DNA of 64,000 nucleotides from contig DAOSOK010000009.1 of NCBI GenBank assembly GCA_035373905.1, positions 44,925 through 108,924 of the forward strand. The letters are read 5' to 3'. Under the pieces are notes generated by a model, which saw nothing but the letters and a program-made list of their open reading frames with translations, was not told the origin of the DNA and searched no databases. Below are positions 9,015 through 19,200 of this stretch, one piece after another (position 1 is the first letter of the stretch; every line of letters begins with the position of its first letter). This DNA is from Candidatus Ozemobacteraceae bacterium (lineage in GTDB: Bacteria > Muiribacteriota > Ozemobacteria > Ozemobacterales > Ozemobacteraceae). The position numbers were made by a program, and so were the translations under genes.

Positions 9015-10145
9015 ATGATCGATACCCGGCAAGCACTTTTGCGCAGGAAACGAGTCTTGAAGAATAGAATTCTAATATATATAGTTTTATTATTTATATT
9101 TCCTGGTATGGCGGCATCGCAGAACGCTTGGCCCGTCCGCGGCCCCGTACGGATTGGGGCCCAGTTTCATGATTTTCAGAACTACGGGAAGGTGCCGTAT
9201 CTGCATGGGGGCCTCGACGTGCGCGCCCCCGCGGGGACGGTCGTCTACACGCCGGTGTCCGGGAGGGTGACGATTTCGAGTTACCGGATCGAGGCGTCAC
9301 GCGTCCCTCTCAGATTCGCCTACATACGAAGCCCGTTCACCCCGTCGAGCGATCTCTCGTCAAAATATATCGAAGTGAGTATTGTCACAAAAGACGGGAC
9401 GAACTGGTGTTTCCGGCACCTCGATCCGGGGTCGATTCCCTACCATCTTCTCTCGAAAGCCCAGAGCGGGGCGGACGTCGTCGCCGGCGATTCGATCGGC
9501 AATGTCGTCCCTTGGACGGAACCGGTTCTGCCGGTGACGGAAAAATACGACCATATCCACCTGGAAGTGATCGCTTCGGACGGCTCGTATCTCAATCCGG
9601 TTCCTCTGCTGGAGCCCGTGCCGGACACCCAGGCTCCGACGATCCACGGCATCTGGGCGGTTCCGAACGAGGAAACCGTAGCCTTCGCCGGCGCCAACGG
9701 CAACCTCGAGGTATTCGGCGATATCGATTTCGTCCTGGCCGTCACTGATTCTCTGCCGGGCGGCGGATATCTCTATTCCCCCTATCGTGTGCGGGCGTCG
9801 ATCCGCAGGCTCGAGGCCCCGGCAGGCATCGTCATCCCTTTTTCCGACGTGTTCAAGTTCGACAGGCTCCCGATCCGGGGCGACAGAACTCAACTTGGCA
9901 CCGTCATCTACAAGGAGCGTCTGAAAACGCCAATGGGCGTATTAGAATCGAACGGAGCCGGAGGTCCCCGATTCTTCCTCATGAACCTGACGAACGGCAA
10001 TCCAGCGCTCGGTTACAAACCGGAATACGCGCTTCGCACCTCGGATCTCGCCGACGGCCGCTACGCCCTCGATGTCGAAGCCTCTGACATCGCCGGCAAC
10101 ACCGCATCCGCCACCCTCGGATTCACCGTCAGGAACAGACGCTGA
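9015..10145 (+). CDS. Secreted M23-family metallopeptidase with C-terminal beta domain
   Basis: LHGGLD (HxxxD) and HIHLEV (HxH); signal peptide; TATAAT at 9004-9009. Confidence 0.8.
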   Translation: MIDTRQALLRRKRVLKNRILIYIVLLFIFPGMAASQNAWPVRGPVRIGAQFHDFQNYGKVPYLHGGLDVRAPAGTVVYTPVSGRVTISSYRIEASRVPLRFAYIRSPFTPSSDLSSKYIEVSIVTKDGTNWCFRHLDPGSIPYHLLSKAQSGADVVAGDSIGNVVPWTEPVLPVTEKYDHIHLEVIASDGSYLNPVPLLEPVPDTQAPTIHGIWAVPNEETVAFAGANGNLEVFGDIDFVLAVTDSLPGGGYLYSPYRVRASIRRLEAPAGIVIPFSDVFKFDRLPIRGDRTQLGTVIYKERLKTPMGVLESNGAGGPRFFLMNLTNGNPALGYKPEYALRTSDLADGRYALDVEASDIAGNTASATLGFTVRNRR

Positions 10146-10165
10146 GACGTTCTCCAGCCCGGTTC

Positions 10166-11530
10166 TCAGATCGCGATCTCGATCGTGAACACCGTGCCGC
10201 CGAGGGACAGCTTGTCGCCTGACCGGACTCCGGATACGGCTTTTACGGGAATGCCGTTGATTTCCGTAACGTTCGACGTCGTCTGCGGCACCGCGGCGAA
10301 CCCGTCCCCATCACGCCTGATAAGGAGATGCCGGCGGCTCACCTCCGCCGCGGTCATCGAAATATTGCACTCTTTCGCACGGCCGATCAGCACCTCCACG
10401 CCGCGCCCCTCGAATATCCTTCCGTTCTCATCCGTGAGTTTCACGATGATGGAGGCCGACGCAGGCACCGCTTCGCTCTGCCGCAAAAATCCGCTTCTGG
10501 AAATCGTCTTGTCCGAGGAGCCGGCCTTCTCGAGCGGTTGCGGCGCGCCCGGCATGCCAACCGTCGCATCGACAGCCTGGATGTTCCCCGAGACGCCGCT
10601 CCGGGCAACCGTCTTTTTCGATGTGTCGAAGGCTTCGGCCGGCTCTTCTTGCCTCACATCGACAACAGGCATCTCGGCGGTTTCGCCGGGTTCTTCCGCC
10701 GCCGGCTTCGGTGGTTCATCAGCCCGCTGAACGACCTCAGAAGAACCGGGAGGAGTTTTGGGTCCCCCCGCCGGTATCGCAACCGGTTCCTTCGGAACGT
10801 CGTTCGGTTCGGGTTTCGGCACGGAAACCGGCATTTCGAGCGTTCGCTCGGCTCGAGGCCCCTGATTCTGCCGATCGGCGGGCCCGGGAGAAGCCGTCAC
10901 AACGGGCATCGCCTGCGTCGAATCGGCGGCAGGGGGCACGTCCTGAGGAGGCGTCGCCGATAGATCGGAAAAAAACTGCTCGCGAGCCTTCTGGAGTTCC
11001 TCGAAATTCAGAAACAGTGATCGCGTCGACATGAGACCAGGATTCTTCTTCTGGTAACGCCAGACGGCCCATGCGACGATCAGCAGAAGAATGCCGCCGA
11101 CCAGGACGTGCAGGTGATACTGCTTCTCTTCCGCTTTCGCGACGAACGCAACATGGAGTGTTGCTCCTCCCGTCGCGGCCTGTGCCAGTTTGAAATCCGC
11201 AACCGACGCATTCGGGAACGGGAGAAATTTGACCCGATATTTCCCTCCCTTCCCGTTATCCGATGCGATTTCAAGCATCGAGTCGCCCGACAGCTGAACT
11301 TCCGGCGTCGGGGCAACGAGCCCCATGAACTGCACCGCCGCGGGATCGAACGTCAACCGCCAGGCGGGGCCGCTTCCGGGGGGGACAGCGACATCGACGA
11401 CGAAGAGCGCGCCGGGATCCGACTCGTCGGGCCCGGACAAGGTCTGCGCCACGACGCACGGACTCGCCGCCGCAAAACAAATTATAACTAACAGTATATT
11501 CAACACTCGCCTTGTCATCGAAGCGTACAT
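10166..11530 (-). CDS. Bitopic membrane protein with cytoplasmic C-terminal FHA domain
   Basis: Signal peptide, small extracellular beta domain, TM (VLVGGILLLIVAWAVW), Pro/Glu-rich linker, FHA motifs LIGR...VSRRH...NVTEING. Confidence 0.8.
   Translation of the reverse strand: MYASMTRRVLNILLVIICFAAASPCVVAQTLSGPDESDPGALFVVDVAVPPGSGPAWRLTFDPAAVQFMGLVAPTPEVQLSGDSMLEIASDNGKGGKYRVKFLPFPNASVADFKLAQAATGGATLHVAFVAKAEEKQYHLHVLVGGILLLIVAWAVWRYQKKNPGLMSTRSLFLNFEELQKAREQFFSDLSATPPQDVPPAADSTQAMPVVTASPGPADRQNQGPRAERTLEMPVSVPKPEPNDVPKEPVAIPAGGPKTPPGSSEVVQRADEPPKPAAEEPGETAEMPVVDVRQEEPAEAFDTSKKTVARSGVSGNIQAVDATVGMPGAPQPLEKAGSSDKTISRSGFLRQSEAVPASASIIVKLTDENGRIFEGRGVEVLIGRAKECNISMTAAEVSRRHLLIRRDGDGFAAVPQTTSNVTEINGIPVKAVSGVRSGDKLSLGGTVFTIEIAI
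11483..11498. repeat. TATA-N8-TATA spaced palindrome (perfect), in the signal-peptide coding region of the FHA gene
   Basis: TATA ACTAACAG TATA. Confidence 0.8.
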
Positions 11531-11575
11531 CTCCCGGTTCGTCGTTTTTGCGTCAGAGATTCAGCGGGCCGCCTG

Positions 11576-14500
11576 CTACATTCCAGGCTGCCATCCCGGG
11601 AACCATTCGATCAGTTCCTGAACGCTCGCCTTGTGGCTGCGCCTGCCGCCGAATATACTCTTGATGAAGTTCCGCTTTCCGCGTTTTTTTGCCTTGGATT
11701 CCAGGGCTTTCGCCATAAGTTCCGGCCGATCCCAGGTGCCGCTGACCGTCAGGTCGAGATACGGCAGACCGGTTGCTTTGTCCTGGAGCACGCGGGTCAT
11801 GGAGCCCATTTTCCGACCGAGTTTCGTGCGACGGAGGGGCTGCGGGTTGAAGACGATCTTGCCGGCGAGTTGGAGCTTATACGGATCGAAGGCGCTGTCG
11901 CTGATCTCGAGGCGCATCTCGGGTCCGGCGAAGAGCGCATCGGCAACACGCACCCGGCCTCGCTCCATCGTGTCGCCCTCACTGCTGACGTAAAGATTCA
12001 GCCTGCTCTCGGTGAACTCGGGCTTTTCGAGAAATTCCAGGCCAATATGCGAGACCATTTCGGGATCGAGCGGCATCTGTTCGATGACGAGGCCCTTCAG
12101 GCGCAACTGAAACACTGCGTCGCGAGCACCGCCGGCCGTCTGCTCGGCCGTGAACTCGCCGCCCAGAATCCCCTTCAGGCCGAAGCCGCTTCCGCCCGCG
12201 ATCCCGCCGCCGAGCGTTCCAAAATCGACGCCATCGATGCTTCCGGCGAGCTTGAAATTCGCCGTTTTCCCGGGCATCAGCCTGCCGGAGGCGGACGACA
12301 GGCGCACACGCCCCTTCATCACGCCAAGATCGCACTTCGAAGCGACCGCGATTCCCGTGCCGAGATCGTAGTTCAGCGCCACGGCACCGGGGCCGATCGG
12401 AACGGTCCAGGATCGCCCCTCGCTCGTGTAGCGGATGTCCACGGATTCTGTCTTCACGTCGACGTCGAATTTCGGCGCATCGAGCGTGCCTCCGAGATTG
12501 ACCGTGCCGCTGAACGCTCCCTCTTTCGGGAAGGACACCGTCGACAGCTTCAGGCCGGACAGCATGGCCAGCAGGTCGGACGGATATGCCCTCTCGACGA
12601 CGCCCTCCATCGTCAGTTTCGCGCTCTTCTGGGGATCGACCACCTGGCCTTTCGAAATCGAGATGAGGGAACGGCCGAACGCGGCCTTCACGTTGCGCCA
12701 CTCGACGACCGGCTCCGGACGTCCCTTCCTTCGCGTCAGGAGAATCGTCGCATCGAGCGCGCTGACCGGCTCGGGAATGCCGGTCCATCTGAAACCGCCT
12801 CCCTCGATCCTGACCTCGCCCTCGCCGCCGTACCGATTTCGCCCTCCGCTCAGGTTCAGCTTCCCGCCGATTTTTCCGGTCACGTTCGTCAGTTTTCCGG
12901 CGACGCCGGCCGGAAGGAAGCCGCCGTTCAGGATATCCATGAGCCGCGCGGCATCACCTTCTGTCAGAGAGGCCGTCAAATCGTCGATCATCGGCACGAG
13001 CCGCTTTCCATCGCGTTCCAGAGACGCCCTTCCGGACAATTCGAGCGCTCCGCCGACGGCCCGGGCCTTCCCGTTCGTGATCGCGCCGGCGAATCTTCCG
13101 GGCGCCGTCTGAGCGAACTCCAGATGAGCGGAAATGCCGCTCACGTCTACGGGCAAAATCTTGCCGGCCCCGATCTGCAGCGGGATCCGAAGATCGAGAC
13201 CGTCGACGTCGGCGGCGGCTTTCGCCGTAAGCGCCTCGAACGTTCCCGACGCGACAAAATCGACGGTAACCGGGCCATCGACGGCAAACGGCAGGTTGAA
13301 CTTTCCGATCCGGGCGACTTCGCCCATCAGCGTCTGCAGGCGCCTGCTCCCCCCCTTCATTCTGAGATTCCTGATGCGTCGCGAGGAAGGTTCTATCGCC
13401 GCCTCGAGGTCGAGGATCGTATCGAACACTCTGGTGTTCCCGTTCAATTTCAGCGTCTGGGCCCTGGCTCCCCTGGGTCGTCCCCAGGTCAGACGGCTGT
13501 GCAGGCCGTCCAGAACGAAATCGACGCCTCCGGTCGAGATTTTCGCATTTTTTGTGGAAACGTCGCCTCGATATTCCCCGTCCTCGCCCATGTTCAGCGC
13601 CAGGTCGAACGGCATGGCTGCTGAAACGCCGCCGGCTTTCACGTCCAGCCGCGGACAGGAGATCGACCCGGCAAGGGACGGGCGATTGAGCCGGCCATTG
13701 CCCTTGAGGTTCAGGGTGAACGCGCCCCCGATCACGATCCCGAGCTTTTTCACCGCCGCATCGACGTCGGGGTGTTCGCGCAAGGCAGTCAGGAGCGGGC
13801 CGAAGTCGTCGCCTCTCCATACGATCGCCAGATCGTCGATCTTCGGTTCGGCGAGATTCATCACGGCTCGCGCAGTCCCGGGGAAGCCGAACAGTTTCAG
13901 CGTCGCATCGGCCGCGAGTCGCGAGGGCCTGCCCCGCGATCGGTCGAGGGGTTCATCGGTCTCGAGCCTGAGTTCGACGTCGTCGAGCCACCAGGATTTC
14001 TTCGCGCGCCGAAGGCGGAACTTCTTTATATGCATAGATATATTCTGGGTGCCCGTCGCCGACGTGAGATGGGCCTCGAGGACCTTGTCGCCCTCGACGT
14101 CGAGGGAATCGAACCGTGGAGTTCCCTTCAGGCCGAGACTGTTCCAGAATTTACCGCCAGAGATGACGAACGGCTTCCCTCCGTCGAGCCGTGAAACGAC
14201 GGCGATTGTATACGAATCGATTTTTTTCCCCCCCGCCTGAACGGCGATGCGCCCGGACGACTCGGTAACGAGCGAGTCAATGCTCGCGGAAACGCTGGCA
14301 AGGTCGATCGTCCCTCTCGAGAGCATCAGGACACCACCAAGGCGGAGCCTGTCTTCGGGATGTTCCCGGCTGACGAGGCAGGCACCGCTGAGATCGACGA
14401 CAGCGCGCCCCTGGTCGATACGCTCGGGGGCGGGCAGTTCGGCCTCGATCCGAAGAGGGCCCACCAGATCGACGCGGGAAAAGTATTCCGACAGTTTTCC

Positions 14501-16126
14501 GGCAGCGGTCCGGGGAAGCAGCTTGAGAGGGACGATATCCCACAGGCTTCCGCCCTCTCTGATGCCAGCATCGAGCCTCACATCGCCGTAGGCGATCATG
14601 CCGCGCTCGCGAAGCCGCTCGAGGCGAATGCCAGCATGGCCAGCGTTCCGACTGACACGCGCCTGGAGGGTGGTCCGCATCTCGCTCTCGGATTTCCATC
14701 GTCCCTCGATCGTCATCCGCTCTCCGCCGAGATCCGAAGCAAAGCTGGCGACGGCGTTTCCGGGGGGGGTAAAGTCGATGCCGCCGACGTGCGATGTCGG
14801 CATGCTCGCGATGAAGCCGTCGCAGCGCGTGATGAGCGCCTGACGGTTTTGAAGACGCGCATTGACGTTCAACCGCTCGAGGGGAACAATCCCTGGAAGC
14901 AGGAGATCGAAGCTCGCGACGCCGATTTCAATGCAGGACTCGACGAGCGGCGCGCCTTCCGTCGACGACGCCATCATCGTCACCGCGCCGCCGATCTTCG
15001 CCCCTTCCGGCAGGAGGGCTTGAAGCGGGGACAGGTCACCGAAATCGAGGACGCCGGAAAGACCCCGCACGCGCTCAATGAAAGTTTCCCCAGCCTTCGC
15101 GACGATGAATCGCACATTCATCCGCTCTTTCTTTCTCCGATCGAACAAACTTACGAAGCGCCCCCGCTCTCCGATGTTTCTGATCAGGAGATCGACTCCC
15201 TGCTTCAGGACATCCATGGATGCGGTGACATCGCCGGAGGCGCGCGTGCGGCTGACCTGCATCGTCAGCCAGGCGGGGTCATCGGCGGTCGACAGCCGAA
15301 GCACGTGGGAAATGAAGTCGGGATGGGGATATTTTCGCAGCAGGAGATTCACGCCCGCGATCTGGAGATTCCCGGGCGGTATCCGCAGAAGCTTCACCAG
15401 CGTCTGGTCCGGGAACAGGTCGCGCGGCTTGGGGATCAGGAGGCTGACGTTTTTCAGCTCGATATGTTGAAGATACCTGTCGGCAATCTGCTCCGTGAGA
15501 TCCTCTTCACTCGCCGTTTCTGATCCGGTTGCCGTACCGGGCTCCGGCGGAAGGGCGGCCGCAGTCGCCACGACCGGCGGTTCTTTCTGGGGGCGGGGAG
15601 CTGAAAAGTCCCAGTTGGCCCTCCCCTCGCCGTCACGGGCAAGGACGATGGACGGATCTGTCACGATGAGCCTCTCGAGAACGATGCGCCCGAGGAAGAC
15701 ATCCCAAAGCGAGTACCGGAGAGTGATCCGCGGGATCGTGAGGAGCAGGCCCCCGGCTTTGACATGAGGATTCTGAACGACGAGATCCTGGATCTCGATG
15801 CCAGAAATGAGGTCGCCGGAAATTCTCCTGACGGTGAACGGCGCCTTGTCCCGGGCGAGCTCCATCAGGCCCTGTTTGACATGCCCCTCGATCACGTTGC
15901 TGTTGAGGCGGAAGAAGTTGAAGATGAAAATGCCGGCCAGCGTCGCCAGCACGAAAGCGCAGAACATCAGGAGCCGTCGCAGGATAACGCGGCGACGTCT
16001 GACCTGAATATGCCCGGCCAACCGCTCGGCGCGCCGGCGTTCGAGCTCTTGCGCGATGTCGTCAAGTTGCGTTCGTTTCGGGTCTTCCATGGAGGGAATC
16101 CGTGGTTCGTCCTCTCGGGGCTGCAA
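11576..16126 (-). CDS. Large AsmA/TamB-like envelope bridge protein (about 1500 aa)
   Basis: N-terminal TM, then RRISGDLISGIEIQDLVV...IPRITLRYSLWDVFLGRIVLERLIVTDPSIVLARDGEGRANW (AsmA-like), beta-rich body, C-terminal LTVSGTWDRP. The start may be ATG 16090 (MEDPKR). Confidence 0.7.
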   Translation of the reverse strand: MQPREDEPRIPSMEDPKRTQLDDIAQELERRRAERLAGHIQVRRRRVILRRLLMFCAFVLATLAGIFIFNFFRLNSNVIEGHVKQGLMELARDKAPFTVRRISGDLISGIEIQDLVVQNPHVKAGGLLLTIPRITLRYSLWDVFLGRIVLERLIVTDPSIVLARDGEGRANWDFSAPRPQKEPPVVATAAALPPEPGTATGSETASEEDLTEQIADRYLQHIELKNVSLLIPKPRDLFPDQTLVKLLRIPPGNLQIAGVNLLLRKYPHPDFISHVLRLSTADDPAWLTMQVSRTRASGDVTASMDVLKQGVDLLIRNIGERGRFVSLFDRRKKERMNVRFIVAKAGETFIERVRGLSGVLDFGDLSPLQALLPEGAKIGGAVTMMASSTEGAPLVESCIEIGVASFDLLLPGIVPLERLNVNARLQNRQALITRCDGFIASMPTSHVGGIDFTPPGNAVASFASDLGGERMTIEGRWKSESEMRTTLQARVSRNAGHAGIRLERLRERGMIAYGDVRLDAGIREGGSLWDIVPLKLLPRTAAGKLSEYFSRVDLVGPLRIEAELPAPERIDQGRAVVDLSGACLVSREHPEDRLRLGGVLMLSRGTIDLASVSASIDSLVTESSGRIAVQAGGKKIDSYTIAVVSRLDGGKPFVISGGKFWNSLGLKGTPRFDSLDVEGDKVLEAHLTSATGTQNISMHIKKFRLRRAKKSWWLDDVELRLETDEPLDRSRGRPSRLAADATLKLFGFPGTARAVMNLAEPKIDDLAIVWRGDDFGPLLTALREHPDVDAAVKKLGIVIGGAFTLNLKGNGRLNRPSLAGSISCPRLDVKAGGVSAAMPFDLALNMGEDGEYRGDVSTKNAKISTGGVDFVLDGLHSRLTWGRPRGARAQTLKLNGNTRVFDTILDLEAAIEPSSRRIRNLRMKGGSRRLQTLMGEVARIGKFNLPFAVDGPVTVDFVASGTFEALTAKAAADVDGLDLRIPLQIGAGKILPVDVSGISAHLEFAQTAPGRFAGAITNGKARAVGGALELSGRASLERDGKRLVPMIDDLTASLTEGDAARLMDILNGGFLPAGVAGKLTNVTGKIGGKLNLSGGRNRYGGEGEVRIEGGGFRWTGIPEPVSALDATILLTRRKGRPEPVVEWRNVKAAFGRSLISISKGQVVDPQKSAKLTMEGVVERAYPSDLLAMLSGLKLSTVSFPKEGAFSGTVNLGGTLDAPKFDVDVKTESVDIRYTSEGRSWTVPIGPGAVALNYDLGTGIAVASKCDLGVMKGRVRLSSASGRLMPGKTANFKLAGSIDGVDFGTLGGGIAGGSGFGLKGILGGEFTAEQTAGGARDAVFQLRLKGLVIEQMPLDPEMVSHIGLEFLEKPEFTESRLNLYVSSEGDTMERGRVRVADALFAGPEMRLEISDSAFDPYKLQLAGKIVFNPQPLRRTKLGRKMGSMTRVLQDKATGLPYLDLTVSGTWDRPELMAKALESKAKKRGKRNFIKSIFGGRRSHKASVQELIEWFPGWQPGM
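14027..14042. repeat. TATA-N8-TATA spaced palindrome (perfect), inside the AsmA-like gene
   Basis: TATA TGCATAGA TATA; minus-strand codons AAT ATA TCT ATG CAT ATA. Confidence 0.8.
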
Positions 16127-16200
16127 TCATCTGCCGACCACAAGCCCGCTTCTCCACGTTAGCACAAACGCCCCGTTTTTTCCCCGTCTTCTCTCCGGGC

Positions 16201-16229
16201 TTGACTCGGCCCTCTTCTGTCGGTACATT
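16201..16229 (+). promoter_or_regulatory. Sigma70-type promoter for the kinase gene (TTGACT-17-TACATT), 8 nt before ATG
   Basis: Near-consensus -35/-10 with 17 bp spacer; no Shine-Dalgarno. Confidence 0.6.
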
Positions 16230-16237
16230 ACCTACGC

Positions 16238-19200
16238 ATGATCAAGCCCGACCAGATAATCGGAAGACACTACAGAATCATCGCTCAACTGGGCGTCGGC
16301 GGCATGGGGCAGGTGTACAAGGCCCTAGACGTCAATCTCGGTCGGGAAGTCGCCATCAAGTTTCTTCTCGAGGCTGACTCGAACGAGGAGATTCGCCAGC
16401 GGTTCATCAACGAAGGCCGCGTTCTCGCTACGATCAACCACCGCGCCGTCATCTCGGTATACGCCTCGGATATTGACGAAGGCCTGAACGTACCCTTCCT
16501 GGTCATGGAGTTCGTCGACGGAAAGCCGATCGACCGGTTTCGCGACCAGTATCTCGAGAACCAGACGCTCCTGTTCGAACATTTCGTCGAGCTTCTCGAC
16601 GGCATATCCGCCTGCCATCAGAAGGGTATTATACATAGAGATATAAAACCAGCAAATATCCTTGCGAACCGCGAAGGTCAGCTGAAGATCCTCGACTTCG
16701 GCATCGCCAAGACGGCGAAAAAGCAGACCAAGACGGGGGTCGCACTCGGCACGCCGCACTACATGGCACCCGAACAGTGTCTCGGAAAGGCCGACGTCAC
16801 CCACAAGGTCGATATCTACGCCATCGGCGTCATGCTCTGGGAATTCCTCACCGGCAAGCTTCCTTTCGACGCGGGTGATTCAGCCGCTGACCCGGCCCTC
16901 GCCATCGCGCTGATGCACCTGAACGAGCCTCCGCCCCTAGAAGTCTTCACGTCGAATCCCGCCATCAGCAGGTTCGCCGATCTTCTGGGCCGCATGCTTG
17001 CAAAAAAGCCGGATGACCGGCCCGAAGTGAGCGAGGTCATGGAGACGCTCCGCAAGGAGCTCGTCTGCACGATTCCGTCCGCTGCAACCGGGCCGATCCC
17101 CGCCGTCTCTTCCGCCGTCTCCGGCCGGAGAGGCGCGATCAGGCTCATCGGTGATATTTACCAGATCCAGCGCGAACTGGGAAGCGGGGGCATGGGAACG
17201 GTTTATCTCGCCCTCGACACGTCCCTGAACCGCCAGGTCGCAATCAAGCTCATGAACGAGTCGAACGCCCGGGACACCGCCCTGGTCGAACGGTTCATTC
17301 GCGAAGGTCAGTTGCTCGCCACGGTCGGCCATCCGAATATCATGAACATCTACGCGTCGGCGATCGACCCCGAATCGGGCCGGCCGTTCCTCGTGATGGA
17401 GTATATCGACGGCGTTTCTCTTGCATCGCTGAAGCGCAACCTTCTCAAGGACCGCCGGAACGTTCCCGCCCTCATGCTCCAGTTGTTCGAGGGAATCGCG
17501 GCCTGCCACGCCCACGGCATCATCCACCGCGATCTGAAGCCGTCGAACATCATGGTTACGCGATCCGGCATACTGAAAGTGCTCGATTTCGGCATCGCCA
17601 AGACCTCGTCGAATATCACGCAAATGGGCATCACGATGGGAACGCCCGAATACATGTCTCCCGAGCAATGCATGGGCGTCAGGGACCTCACGCCTGCATC
17701 CGACGTCTACACGATGGGCGTCATTTTCTGGGAACTCATCTACGGCGACACGCCCTTCAAACCCGACACCGCCGAGAACCCCGAGTTGTCGATCGCGATG
17801 AAGCACGTTCATGCGACTCTGCCGGCCGGCGTGCTGATTCCCGACGAGTCGTTTGCCCCCCTTCTCCCCCTCGTCAGGAAGATGCTCGACAAATCCCCCG
17901 CCGCACGGCCACGGCTCGACGAACTCATCCAGGCGCTCGATGCTTATGTCGAGGCGCATCTCAGCACGGGCCAGGCCCTGCCGGCGACGCGACGGAAATC
18001 CCGCAGCATGCGCGCAAGCGGCCTGCAGGAGCTCCTTTCGGGTGAGGCGGAGGCGTCGGCCGGCCCCTTCCTGAAACGCCGGTCCACCTGGCTTGGCGCC
18101 GGCGCGATCGCCGTCGCAGCCGCCCTCACCTACGCATTTTTCCTCGGCAAGCCCGACAACACAAAACTGCTGACCCTGCTCAAAGCCCAGCTCGAACAGC
18201 AACTCACCGCGGGCCAACTCCAGGAGGCAGTTCGAACTCTCGCCGATCTCGAGTCCGAACCCGGGGGCTCCGAAGCCGCCGCCCCCTTCCGGGGAAGATT
18301 GGCCGAACTGCTCTCCGCGAAAGCCCGGTCAAGCGCCTCGGCTGGCGATGCTTCACCCGCTCTGAGCCTCTACGATCTCGCTCGGCAGATCGACCCCGGA
18401 AATGCGACCGCGACCAGCGGTTTCGAAAGCGTCAAGGCGTCGATCGACGCATTGATCGCGGCCGAAGCGAACCGCGCGCGGCTCCTGAATCGGTCGCGGG
18501 AACTGTTGCCTCTCATCCTCCCGGGATCGGGAACGGAGGAACTGGCGGGAATCATCGGCGGGCTTCGTCAGGTGGGGCTGGCAACCGAAGCGGCATCGAT
18601 CGAGTCCGTTTGGATCGACACGTTCCTCGCCTCGGGCGATGCCGCCCTGGCAAGCGATCCGACCAGGGCCCTGGAGTATTTCGACGAGATACGGAAGCGG
18701 TTCTCCGAAACGAAAGGCATCGACGACCGGATCGCCGCGGCCCGCAGGCGGCAGGAGGAGGAACAGGCGCGTCTTCGCAAGTCCCGTGAAACGGCCGATC
18801 TGATCGCCCAACTCGACGATGCGTCCAGGTCATTCACCCCCGAATCAGATCCCGCGGCCTTCATTGCGCTCTGCGACACGCTCGCGCAGATGGGCGAACG
18901 CGCAACCGCCGACACATACCGCCGCACGGCCGCGGCCCGGTTGTTCGAAACCGCGGAAACCCTCCTCGCCTCCGGGAAGAAAACCGAGGCCGTCCAGGCG
19001 ATGAAACGCGCTTCGGACATTTTTTCCGGCCTTCCCGGCCTCGGCGACCGCCTCAAGCAGACGGAGGATCTCATTGCGGCCGAGCGCGCAGCAGCCGAGC
19101 GGGCCGCGGCTCTCGGAAAACGTCTCTCCGATATATCGACAGAGATACAATCGCTCCGGCCTCCGGCTCCGGTCGATGAACTTCTGTCGAAGATCGGCGA

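Noticed and set aside
14220-14235. Adjacent T and C homopolymer runs in the AsmA-like gene (minus strand GGG GGG AAA AAA)
   Set aside because: The ORF continues in frame for hundreds of codons and there is no evidence of programmed frameshifting.
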